This document shows, piece after piece, positions 21,243 through 33,582 of a DNA stretch of 52,960 nt. The DNA lies in assembly GCA_033442325.1 (NCBI GenBank), contig JAWQFM010000026.1, forward strand, positions 740,228 through 793,187, given 5' to 3'. The translations under genes and the position numbers were made by a program. This DNA is from Salpingoeca rosetta. Lineage: Eukaryota; Protista; Choanoflagellata. Position 1 is the first letter of the stretch, and each line of letters begins with the position of its first letter. Under the pieces are notes generated by a model that had not been told where the DNA came from, did not search any database, and was given only the letters and a program-made list of their open reading frames with translations.

Positions 21243-24200
21243 TCAGCTTTGAGTACGACTGGCCATTGCACGGGCTCCAAGGAACAAGTCTTCGCGGAGC
21301 AAGCTGTTGAGCTCGTCCATGACGCCCTCCTTCCCACCGCTTCCATCATCACGCGGGGTCATTCGAGATACGCGTATTTGTCCTGCACCAAGGGCGTGCT
21401 CGATTTGCTCCAACGGATAGGCAGCGGGGCTTGGGCGGTACGACGCAAGGTGGGCGTGGCTCAGGACAAGCTGGTCGTACGCAATGCCTTTGGCTTCTTC
21501 TTCGGCTTCAAACAGCACCTGTTGGCACAGGGATAGGGAGGTAAACACGAGGGGAATGGGAGAGTGAATGAAACAGCTGCCAACTGCGCGGGGAGATTGG
21601 AATCGCACAACCTTCGCCAAGGCAAGGCGCAGCATGACACCCAATAACCCCACGTTCACTTACACGTATTCAAGTATGTAACTCACTCACACACACACAC
21701 ACTCACTCACTCACTCACTCACTCACTCACTCACTCACACACTCACTCACTCGCTCACTCACTCACTCACTCACTCACTCACTCACTCACTCACTCACTC
21801 ACTCACTCACTCACTCACACACAAACACACACACTCACTCACTCACTCACTCACTCACTCACTCACTCACTCACACACACACGCACACACACGCACACAC
21901 ACACGCACACGCACACTCGCATGTACACATTGTTTACCATTGAGAGTGCCAGCCAGGCAAGTTCTGCTTCGCCTTGCATGCCACGAACCCAGAGGTCGAT
22001 GCTGCTGTCGCCATCAATGCGACCAAAACACTCGATGGTGTCAAACAGTCGGCCATGGAAGCCTTTCCGCCACAAGCTGGTGCTCCCTGCATCAAACAGC
22101 GCTGCGACCCTTGTCTGCAGGCGAGGAAACAGGCCAGGTGGAAACAGCATCCCGCTCGATTCACGAATGAGGAAGCGGCGGCCACCAAACACGTGCGCCT
22201 GGCCGTCATCTGCCCATTCAACGCCTTCGGTCGCTCCCAGTCGAAATGGCAGCATGTAGCGGGGAGTCGCTGCTTCATCATTCCCAGGTGGTGGAAGCTC
22301 GTAGCAGAGCAGCATGTTGGACAGCACATCCACGACCTGCTCTGCCGGCACAAGATCGCCATACACCGCCCTGATCTCCTGCAGTGTCACTTCCCCATCA
22401 CGCGGTCTCAGCTGTTTGATGTCGTGAAAGTCTTCAGGTGCGAGTGCGGGCCCAAGGATGGTACTGAGCAGCCAGAAGGGCGAGATGAAGACGTGGTCGC
22501 GAAGGGACGGCATTGACTGGAACCACAGCAGGTTGCCGCGCACGTGGAGGTGGCTGACAACAGCACGAGCCACCCCGCAAGAACAGAGCACGCACAACGA
22601 AGTCATGAGTGCACCAGAAAGCGAGGCACTTCGCAAAGCAATACACGCAGTGAAGCAATACACTTCATGCAGCGAGAGACTTGGCAGAGCAATACACACA
22701 GTGAAGCAATCCACACAGTGAATCGATCCACATTGTGAATCAATACACTTGGTGAAGCAAGACGCGTGCCCCCATCCGCTGGACAACCGCACCAGATCAA
22801 AACCCAACCCCCACATGCCAAGCAATTTGTACGGCGAGATACCTGAGCGAGCTTCTGATGATGGTTCTGTCGGCGTCGGGGATGAACTCCAAGTCAGGTG
22901 CGCTTTCAGCCAGATCCTGCATGAGGTTCTGGATAGTCCACAGTCCTTCCTTGGTTTGCTCGCAAGCTTCACCAATGGCACGTGCCACTATGGGAACCTG
23001 ATTCTCGCGTGCTCGCACGTCCTCCCATATGTTGTGAAGTAAGTTTCCCAGCTGCCTCAACTCGTCGCTGCTGGTGTCGTGGCAGTTGAGGGCAACGACG
23101 TGCGGGTGTAGCTCCATGCTGCCGCCAAACCAGCTCGCCACTTCCTCGCTGGCAAGAAGGGCGTCGCCCTGCTCGAAGCGCAGGACATCGGCCGTGACAC
23201 CAATATCAATGGCAAGTCGGTGCCCCGGATGCGGCTGGTCCGCCCTCGTGCCAACCACGATGACCTTGGGCGGCGGTGCATGGGAAGAGTGCGCGGCTGC
23301 TTGGTGCAGGCGAGTCTTGATGAACCTGAGCCAGCGGTAGAGGGACGAGCGGAACGTGTTGAAGTCCGTGCTCAGGGCAACGCACACGACGAAGACGGCG
23401 TTGTGGTCGGACAGCATCAGCTCGTGCGCGACGTGGTACTCCGCTGTTCCGGCAAAGTCGAACACGTGGAGATCGCAGTTGGCGGGGTGGTTGGCGTCTT
23501 CCCCACTGCCAAGCGTAGCGCCAGAGAACAAGGCCGCCGCCCCCCTCTGGCCAAAACCAACTTCGTCAAGCGCAGGTGCGGGCATGTTTGGGGCAGGAAT
23601 GCGGACCCTGCGCAACTCGACGCCAACCGTTCTCTCATCTGGCCGGTCAGCCTCGTCTCGTGACGACTGCTGTGGATCATAGGGTGTTCCAATCACTTGC
23701 AGCGAGCGCACGAGCGTGGACTTGCCGGTCCCCTGATCGCCACACACAAAGACGCTCATTGTGGTGTGCGAGGTGAGTTCATGTTGAAGGAATGAAGGAA
23801 GGGCCTCATGGTGCCTTCTGTTTCGCGCCACAGCAGCGTTGATGCTGGTCAAGATGCTGTCAGAGATGCCCCAAAATCGGTTCAGCCTACACGGACAAAG
23901 GGGAGAACGATATCGCCGTCAAGTGTCATGCAATAAGTAATAAGCTTGTGTACTCAAGTCCGAGTCAAAGTCATGATGTAAAAACTCAGCGTTGCACAGT
24001 AGATAGACCTGTAAACGTTTACATCCAGACATCCGTGAATGAAACAAGTGCGAGGCGCCATATGTGTAATTTGTTCGCTTACTCGAGCGCACGAAGGGTC
24101 TTGTTTTGCTGCAACGACTGAGCAATGGCTGTCCCGGCGGTGTCGCTCAAGAAGTTGCAGTCCAGACTAGTGAAACAAGAACACAAGCAGGGCGCATTTG

Positions 24201-24464
24201 TTATGATGTGCCAGCCTCAAGCGCGAATGCTGGAGTGTCTTACTTGCATCTTCAGTATGCATCAACACACGCACACACGTGTTTGCAGATCATGCTGTCA
24301 TTATTCACCTGAGCACGTCACAAGAACACGCGCAAGAACGGTTTCCTTACTCGAGCGTGTGCAGTGTGCGGTTCTCTTTCAATGCCCCGGCAAGTGCAAG
24401 TGCGCCATTTTCACCCAATAACGTGCTGCACAAGCTGTGTGTGTGTGTGAGTGTACGTGCGTGC

Positions 24465-24528
<64 letters not shown>

Positions 24529-26715
24529 GAGTGCGAGACAGACACACACACACACTTACACACACACACACACACGCACACACACACGCGCGCGCGCGCA
24601 CAGACAGAGGGGGATGGACAGGTGGCGCCATTCGCTCAGGCTGCGTACACTGAACCAGCTTGCATGCAGTTCATTCCAAACCACCTCCCCCAACCCTTGC
24701 CAACCGCATGAGCACATCATTGTTCGTACTTGAGGGTGTGAAGCGTCTGGTTCTGCTTGAGTGCCAGGCAAATTAGATATGCTCCATCCAGTCCAACCCG
24801 CGTTTCACTCAAGCTGGAAAGCCAAGATCAAGCAAGCAAGCCAGTTGCACACAGGCAGGAACACCTAGTGAGCCAGGATCCCAAATGCTCTGGATCCGAG
24901 TCAAATGGCAACACAACGACTTTCGACTGTGTCACCGGTGAAACTCAGGCGACAAGTGCACTTACTTGAGCGTGTGAAGTGCCTGGTTCACCTTCAACAC
25001 TTCGGCAATGTGGTGCCCGCCAGCCTCCCCAAGGTCGGCGCCGCTCAAACTGAATAAAAGCAAGCAGCAAGTGGCAGAGCCATGAGTGCAGGAGTGCCGT
25101 GGCAGATCAGCCAGGCAGAGGCATTTATGCACATGAGCACTTGCGGCACTTTCATCAGAGTAGAAGCCGTCAACGTTTCTTGCAACAGAGACCAATATCC
25201 CACATACACTCAAACATGCATTATTCATACAGACACATGTACGTCTACATAGATGAACATCCACGCACATGTGCATGCACGCTCACTCTCACTCACACAC
25301 TCACACATAGACATGCACATATGCACACATGCACACACATGCACACACATGCACACACACATGCGCATGCACACATGCATGCACACATGCACACACACGT
25401 GCATACACACACGTGCATACTCATGTATGTATGCTCATGCTACTCACTCAAGTGCGTGAAGCGTGTTATTCTCCTGCAGTGCCTCGGCTAGTGCCAGTGC
25501 ACCAGCCTCGCCCAACCGAGCTTTGCTCAGGCTGTAACCATGACAAAAAGGCGAAATCGTGTGTGAGAAAGATGTGCGTAGCGCTGTAGCGTGGCACGGA
25601 CAGGCAGGCCACTGCTCACACACTAAATGGGCAGCGCAAACCAACCTCAGCTCGGGGCCACAGGCGTTGTTCCAGATGCTGAAGATTTTGGTGAACACGT
25701 CCGGTTCCACGTCAACATACTGCAAGCGTCCCAGAATGTAATCTGTACGGTCTGCATCAGGATGTGGAGCATCTGCCTCTTCCTGCATCTGGTTTCCCTG
25801 CTGCCCACTTTCTGCAGCAGCTTCCTCCTCCTCTTCCGCTTCTTCCTCTTGCTGTGCGTCGCTTGTGTCCATCGGGGCTCGTGCACCATTGTCATCCTGA
25901 ACTGCATTCCCGCGCCACGTCTGCAGCTTGCATGCTCTCACAAACCGTGCAATCTGTGCCGGCGCCAGGGGCTCTCCGTTGACCCGTGCCTCCTTCAGCA
26001 TGCTTTCAAGCACCTGGCCAACGTTTTCGCCGGGTTTATATTGATGGAGGGCACTTGGGTTTCTTTGGATCTTTCTGCGCAGCTTCGTGCACCTGAGGGC
26101 CGCCGTCGCCTGCTCCAGCCTGGGGATGCTTGTGATGTCCAGACGCTTGAGCACGTTGCCAATGGCGTCGCTCAGCTGGTGCGCAGCGAGCCACTGTTGC
26201 AGAGGCAGCTGCTCGGTTTCGCTGGGGGATTCTGACTGTCTCTCGGCATCTGCTGGGCAGGGCGAGGGCTCTTTGAGCCTGGCCGCGTGGAAATGTTGCA
26301 GGAGCTCGTCCATCAAGGCTGGCGGGACGCAGCCTACGCTGTCCGCAGGGTTGACAAACCACCAAAACTGCGGCTCCCAGCCCTTCAAGATCTCGCGCGC
26401 GTACTGGTGCCTAAAGTCGCACTGGCGCACGTTGATGAGGAAGAAGGGTTTTCTGTTGTGGACGATGTACTGCAGCTGGTCGTGGGTGTCCCAGGAAAAC
26501 TCGGTGTTCCTGCCGTAGTCCGTTGTGCCCAGAATGATGGCGAGCTGACAGTTCCGCACGGCTTCGTGGGTTGCGGCTTGTTCTTCAGGTGTAGTTTGGC
26601 GCTCCATATCCTCCATGTACACGTGGACGTTGCTTGTCTGCAGCTGCTGGAATAGCACCATCGACTCATGCGCAGCCTCCTGCAGTCGACTCGAAATGAA
26701 GATGAGCCCGCTCAT
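21243..26715 (-). CDS. ROCO-family protein TIR-(SAM-like)-LRRx5-Roc-COR, ~1141 aa, no kinase domain
   Basis: Exons 26715-25646, 25531-25448, 25049-24966, 24813-24730, 24434-24351, 24166-24083, 23886-22843, 22553-21938, 21518-21243, phases consistent. TIR-like N-terminus (IFISSR..VYMED..EAVRNCQLAIILGTTDY..W..QL). RI-class LRRs (LGEAGALALAEALQENNTLHALE). Roc G1 GDQGTGKST, G2 ERTVGV, G3 DFAG, G4 GTRAD. COR motifs VFISPFWL, FPPGLFPRLQ, LWRKG. Confidence 0.9.
21680..21920. repeat. (ACTC)n/(CA)n intronic microsatellite
   Basis: Long ACTC array grading into CA repeats. Confidence 0.92.
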
Positions 26716-27120
26716 CTTCCCTCCTGCAGCGGACAACAAGGGGAGGGAGAGAAGGCTGGAAGAGAAGGGGCTGAGGTGGCGCTCAAACCAAAACGTGCAG
26801 CGGAAACAAGGAAACAAGGATACAACCTGACAGCACACACACTGGCTCACTGGGAGACGGGCTGAAAGAAGTGATTTTGATGTCGATGTGAGTGCGTGGA
26901 AAATGAACAGAACGAAGGCTACCGCCAGTGTGTCAACTCAATGTGGCCTCTGTGCTGTGAGGGACTGAGGGAAGCAGGGATTGAGGGAGGCAGTTGTGCG
27001 GTCAGGGGGTGACACAAAAACTCAAGCACATGAGTGACTGTGTGGAAATGGACGCACACGACACTGACAGGTTGTGACAGGGTGTGCGGACACAAACAAA
27101 CACCCGTCACCCTTCAAATC

Positions 27121-27280
27121 ATGGTGTCGCCGTTGGTTTTGGACGGCGGCTTGTCCTCGCTGTTGGAGTTGGAACGCGGACCACTGCACCCGACCTTGTG
27201 GTCAGCTGCACTGCTGGTTGCGAGCACTGGAGGACAAGGCAAAGAAGCGGGGGAACGAGCGGGGAAGGATGGCCACAACA

Positions 27281-27318
<38 letters not shown>

Positions 27319-28726
27319 ACTAGCCATGTCTTTTCCGACACCAACCATCGCGCCGTCATCGACGCCCACCGCGTCAGTAAATATGTGTGTGTGTGTTTGT
27401 GTGTTTGTTTGTGTGTGTTTGTGTGTGAGGGTACAACCTTACAACTTTTGTACCTGTTTTGCTCCTCATGTCTTCATGTCTTTGTCGTGTTGTTGCACTG
27501 CTACTGCTGCACTGGCGTTGTGGTGTCTCCTTCCTACTTCTCAACTTCTGCCCCCTTGCCACCTCCTCTTTGCCACACTTCATACGTCATTTTAGGCCTT
27601 TCTGGAAGCGGGTGCTGACATCCTGACGACTGTGAGCTACCAGGGTACAGTAGCGGGCTTCAAGCGCGACATGGGCTTGTCGGAAGAAGAAGCAAGCCAT
27701 GCCATCGCCCTCAGCGTCACCCTCGCGCGCACCGCCATCCATGAGCATCAACAAGCACAACAACAACAACAACAACAACAGCACATTGAGCGCGACAAAC
27801 ACTCTTCCTCTTCTTCACAAGCACCACGAACGCTATCGTCATCGTGGGCGTCGTCCCGCCATCTTCTCCTCCATCCACCACCTCACGGCACTCAGCAGCA
27901 CCCACAGGAACAACAACACGAACAACAACACGAACAACAACAGGAGCAACAGCCGCGTCCGCTTGTGGCTGCGTCGATTGGGCCGTATGGGGCGTTCCTT
28001 GCGGACGGATCGGAGTACAGGGGTGGTTACGATGCTGAGCGCCTGGCACAGTTCCACCACGAAAAGGCGCTCATCCTGTGGCGTGCGCGTCCTGACGTAC
28101 TCGCCTTCGAGACCATCCCACAGGCCAGCGAGGCCCTGGCCATCGTGGGCATGATGCAGGAGACGCTGCCGGAAGCGCCATACTGGCTCTCCTTCCAGTG
28201 CTGCGATGCGCACCGCCTGGCGAGCGGAGACGACGTGACAGCGGCCGTTGCATCCTTAGTCACCGCGTTTGATGAGCAGCGGGCTGGGTCGCTGATTGGC
28301 ATCGGAGTGAACTGCATATCGCCGGCGATTGCGGCGCCGCTCGTCACCGCCATTGCCCGCTGTGTTGGGCGCCGTAGACTGCACGTGCTCTGCTACCCGA
28401 ACAAGGGCGAGGCCTGGGACGCAGACACGCGCACCTGGGGGCCAATTCCCACTGCCGATGTTGGTGACGGCGATGGTGTTGGTGGTTTTGGCAATGGTGG
28501 TGATGGTGGTGATGTTGGTGATGGTGGTGATGGTGGTGATGGTGACACAGCGGGGCCATGTGCACTGACGTCGAGGGCGTGGGTGCGGCGCATCAAGGCA
28601 GCGGGCTGCACCGTTGTTGGCGGCTGTTGTCGCGTCTTTCCAGCAGACTTGGCGCAGATGGTCCGCTGTGTGAAAGGTGACATTGAGGGCGGAAACAGGA
28701 GGGACAAGGCTGGCGTACACGGATAG
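27121..28726 (+). CDS. HMT: Homocysteine S-methyltransferase (MmuM/plant HMT/yeast Mht1 type), ~460 aa with low-complexity inserts
   Basis: Exons 27121-27372 and 27596-28726. Motifs VLDGGL, LWSA, AH.AFLEAGADILTT.SYQ, VAASIGPYGAFLADGSEYRGGY, DVLAFETIP, GVNC, YPN.GE.WD, VGGCCR (Zn-binding Cys). Confidence 0.95.
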
Positions 28727-28916
28727 GAAGGGTCTGTGTGTGTGTGTGTGTGTGTGTGCATGCTGGTGGCTTCGTTGCAGCTCCGCAGTTGTGCGTTTCC
28801 ATTTGTTTATTTCTCCTTTACCCACGTGTCCATCACTTAACCAACCCTCACCTAATGCTGTTGCATGTGTTCACCAATACTAAAATCAACCCTTCCTCCT
28901 TCTTTCCCAATCCAAG

Positions 28917-29555
28917 TCATGGTGTAGCAGGGGCGGGGTTGTAGTGGCAGCAGCAGAGCGTGTGCATGTGCGGCGATGACCACTGCTGAAACGGTGGCTC
29001 CATCGTGTGTGGCGGGCAGGCCAGCATCACGTCTGTGAACTGCGTGTGTCGCTGCTGCCGGCAGTGCCAGAGCAAGCGCAGCACGCTGTCATCGTTGCAT
29101 AGCGCTGCCGATGGCTGGTGCGCGCACGATTTCATCTCCTCAGCTGTTGCGCACTGCTGCAGCACGTGCCACGTGTCATCCTGCTCGTCCCTACGGTGTT
29201 GAAACCAGCGTGAACGCGGTCGTGAGCTGAGGTCGTCACAATTGCGACTGTGCATGCAAGCACGTGAGCAGATGAGCAAAATGCAACAGCGTCATAGCAT
29301 GTGGCATATTTCTTCTTCTCCCCCCCCCCCGCCTGTGTCTGAGCTTCCAATACACGCAAAGCGCTCACATGACTCACAACATGAGCAGCGTGCGCGTGTG
29401 CCTGAGCAGACGCATGTGTACGGCGTCGTTTGTCGGATGCTGCGGCGTGTACAGTTCTGGGCTGTGGTTCACCTACGCATGTGTGTGTGTGTGTGAGTGA
29501 GTGAGTGAGTGTGAGTGAGTGAGTGTGTGTGAGTGAGTGAGTGTGCGCGCGTGAG

Positions 29556-29619
<64 letters not shown>

Positions 29620-30168
29620 TCAGTGTAAACATTGATGTCTACTTCTGCCCACGCGGGACATGCTGGAACGCCATGGGTTCTTGAGGTAACAACCCCGAAC
29701 ACGCGCGCGCGCGCACTTCTCGTCCCGTCACCTCGAGAAGGACGGGTTTAAGGCGACCGCTGGCCGTTGTTCTGTGAAAGGGTGGTGGAAGCATGACGCA
29801 GGGGTCAACGTATGATGAACTGCTGTTATCCTCACAAACGCGCTCGCAGTGGACATCATATCTTTGCCATGATATCATCGTCATCGCATCAACATCGCAG
29901 GACTAACACCACCATCATCATCAGCAGCATCGTTGCTACCATCGTAAAAACACACATGCATGCAACAGCATTCTCTTCACGCACAACAAGATGTCGACGC
30001 CGTGGATTTCAAAGCAGTCCAGTCCACACGGCGGCAAGTGGCGCTACCAATGTGCAAGTGTGTGAAATGGATGTCAGGCTGCATCGGTGAACATCACGCA
30101 AGCACACACACATAAGCACACACAGAAGCAAAGCACAAGCAAGCACACACAGAAGCAAAGCACAAGCA

Positions 30169-30212
<44 letters not shown>

Positions 30213-30596
30213 CTCTCCCACCGATCGAATGGTTGGACTTGACATGACGACGCGGCGGAGAATGGCTTTGACGTCCTGCATCACCGTGTGCGTGTTCGCT
30301 TCACCCACTTCGGCATGCTGCCAGTACTTGTGCAGTGGCTGTGGGCACTCTGGGGAAAATGAGCTGTCGCTGGCTTGGTTGCTGGTCTTGCACTTGTTTG
30401 CGTGCTTGCTCACGGCTGCATTCGTCAGGTGTGACGCTGTCTGCCTGCAATCACACCCATATAGAAGTTGAGCAAGTAACGTGTGTGTGTGTCTGTGTGT
30501 GTGTGTGTGTGTGTCTGTGTGTTTGTCTGTCTGTGTGTGTATTGCTACTCCTTCACTTTCCACTGCAAACACTCCCACCGCCCGCCCCTCCCCCTC

Positions 30597-30628
<32 letters not shown>

Positions 30629-30760
30629 NNNNNNNNNNNNNNNNNNNNNNNNNNNNNNNNNNNNNNNNNNNNNNNNNNNNNNNNNNNNNNNNNNNNNNNN
30701 NNNNNNNNNNNNNNNNNNNNNNNNNNNNCTGAAACACAGACAAAACACACACACACACAC

Positions 30761-30815
<55 letters not shown>

Positions 30816-31544
30816 CACATGCACATGCACACACACCAAATGTCGTTGCGATTGTATGGGCTGGAAGCGGGGAGGTAGAGCCCGTCTTTGTAGAGGAATG
30901 CATGCACCGGCGACACGGACGTCGTCACCTGTATTACACATGACATGACATGAAGTGATGTGATGTCAGCCCTTAAACAACAGCAACCCAACAAGCACCT
31001 TCTCCAACAGCGTCCACATACGACAAAGCACTGCTCTCTCGGCAACAACCCTCGCCTTTCACACGCCTCACCAAGTAGAGACGAAGGTGGTGCTTGTGCC
31101 CTTGGAGAAGGAACGGGTTGTCCACATATCGCTGAACGACACCCTCTGCCTTCAGCACGCAACACAAGCATGTGGGTCATGGGGCCACACAACACAACCG
31201 GACACCTTAACCACGCCCAGTTTCGACAAGCGCGCATATGCGGCAGCAGCTTACCTGCAGCGTTCGTGCAAGCTGTTCATGGTCGCTGTCGCCAGGGGTG
31301 AAGATCTTGATCCCCTGTGCCCTTGATCCCAAATCTGGCTTGAAGATGAACGCGCTGCGCGTGTTGTTGTGTGGCTGCTGCTGCTGTTCATGACGTAGCA
31401 TTGTCATCACGCGGTGCGCATCCCGAGGCATGATCCAAGTGTCGGGCATGTACGCATGGTACAGATCCCGTCCATATGCCGCTCGCATCCCATCGTACAG
31501 CGTGTACTGCCAAGTCGAGTGTGCGTGTGTTTGTGTTTGGGAGG

Positions 31545-31578
<34 letters not shown>

Positions 31579-31765
31579 GGAGGTGGAGAGAATCAGCGCA
31601 ATAAGCGAGCATGGACGGCTGCAGAGAGAGCACGCCGATGCATGCACATTGGTGTACATTGACACATACATACATACATACATACATACATACATACATA
31701 CATACATACATACATACATACATACATACATCATACATACATACATACATACATACATACATACA

Positions 31766-31799
<34 letters not shown>

Positions 31800-32327
31800 C
31801 ATACATACATACATACATATATACATACATACATATATACATACATACATACATACATACATACATACAAACATACATACATACATACATACATACATAC
31901 ATGCACACCAAAGGCTCACTTGATGTGACTTGCGACCGGCAATGTTGTTGATTGGGTTGTGAAAGCAGTGGTTCACGAAGCGGCGCTGGCGTTGATGTGG
32001 AGCTTGTGTGGCCTCGCACGGCAGGTGCGGCTGGTGCTTGAAGGTCCAGAGCACCCGCCAGAGGGGAGGTGCCCGGCCACCCACAAAGCTCGTGCAGCCA
32101 AGCTGCTTGAGGCACACCTGCGCTCCCGTGCCAGCATAGCCAACGTGCCTGCGTTCGTTTGCCCCATATGGTTCATACCGACACACCATCTCCCCCTGCT
32201 GCTGTCGCTGCCCCTGATCAGACGACGACGACGACGACGACCACCACCACCACCACAGCACTGTCACAACAACAACAACAACAATCCGCCGCACACGCAC
32301 AGCGTACCATCTGCCCTTCCTCCTCAT
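28917..32327 (-). CDS. Tubulin-tyrosine-ligase-like (TTLL) ATP-grasp protein with N-terminal signal anchor, ~525 aa
   Basis: Nine phase-consistent exons: 32327-31920, 31506-31255, 31149-31072, 30928-30837, 30444-30222, 30043-29985, 29771-29732, 29472-29378, 29247-28917. Motifs VNH, MPDTWIMP, IFKPDLGSRAQGI, VVQRYVDNPFLLQGHKHHLRLYLVV, FLYKDGL, HLTN, CFEIHGVDILL, PVLLEVNHSP. Confidence 0.9.
30629..30728. other. Assembly gap (100 N) within a (CA)n intron
   Basis: Run of exactly 100 N flanked by CA repeats. Confidence 0.99.
31663..31902. repeat. (TACA)n tetranucleotide microsatellite in intron 1 of the TTLL gene
   Basis: About 60 TACA units. Confidence 0.96.
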
Positions 32328-33145
32328 CACTGTCCGTTTTTTTTCTGCATTGCTTTTTCTTTCTTTCTTCTCTTGCTGCTTGCTTGCTTGTTGGCTTTGG
32401 CTTTGGTTGTCGTTTATTGAGGTTGTGATGGGGTGTGCGCGCAGCAACAACGAACCTTTTCATTTCGGGGTGCATGGCAAGCAGGCAGTCAACGGGCATG
32501 AAAGGAAGGCATTGGAATGGCAAGCAGGCAAAGGGCAAGCAGGCAAAGGGCAAGCAGCAACGCTGTGTAAAGCATACACAATACAGGCCATCATGGGTGG
32601 TGCGTATTCACGCCAGCAACACAACCCAGTTGTGCAAGCACAAACACACAAAAAGACTGCACGCATGCGTGCGTGTGCGGTTGCGGTATGGGTGCTTGCT
32701 TGTGGGTTCGACAGCACCAAGACAGGTGGCGTCGTAACGAGCCACCCGCACACGCAGACCACAGCAACGCAGCACAGAACAGAGCGTGTTGTGCTTGTCA
32801 TCAACAAAGAGTCATGTAACCGATGTGAATAATAACACGGAGGGTCAGCAGGAGGAAAGAGGGCGACGGGAAAGGGGCAGGAGGGGAGGGGAGGGGACAA
32901 AGAAGAAGGGTGCAAAGGAGTGAAAGGGAGGGGGGGAGAGAAACACAGGTGTGGGAAGAGGAGGAGAGGGAATACACGAGGGAATACAGGGAAGGAAAAC
33001 AAAACACACACTCACTCAGACGCGGGGTGGGTGACAACAGAGGCAAGTGCGCAACATGAAGGGAGGGAACCGAGCGAGCAATCGCCACGGGAGGGGGGTC
33101 AGCAGGAATAGAGAGGGGGCGGGGGACAAAGTTATCAGGCGGGCA

Positions 33146-33582
33146 TCACTCGCTATTCGAAGACGTCGTCTTGATGGCATCATCTAACTGTCTCATGTCT
33201 TCTTCCGACACTGCACAAACAAAGCAAAACCGCAAGAGCAAAACAAGAGGAGGCGGTGAGCAAAACATCAAACCTGTGCCAAGAGACAGACATGCGGTCA
33301 GAACAAGGCGTGCGCCTACGCGCAAGCAAAACAAGCCAACGTACGAGAGCTCATGATGACCAGGGACTTGGAATGGCGCTGAAAATCGGGTGGGGGGTGG
33401 GTGGCAGAAGAACAACACGCATGAAACGACGATGAGCGCTGACCGCAGGCACACAACACGCGCATACGCACCGCACTACACTACACATGACATGATCTGT
33501 CTCATCCCTTGCACTTGTGTCTCACCATGAGCATCGCGTGGATCTTGGAAACAGCCTTGCGGCCTCCGACGGTGAAAGGCAT
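33146..33582 (-). CDS. Putative three-exon 51-aa microprotein MPFTVGGRKAVSKIHAMLMRHSKSLVIMSSLSEEDMRQLDDAIKTTSSNSE
   Basis: Exons 33582-33526 (57 nt), 33378-33345 (34 nt), 33210-33146 (65 nt). Donors GTGAGA and GTACGT; acceptors TTTTCAG and TTTGTGCAG. Phases join into ATG..TGA. Confidence 0.6.

Noticed and set aside
21243-26715. Calling the ROCO gene LRRK2 or DAPK1
   Set aside because: No kinase, ankyrin, WD40 or death domain is seen; only Roc-COR is shared.
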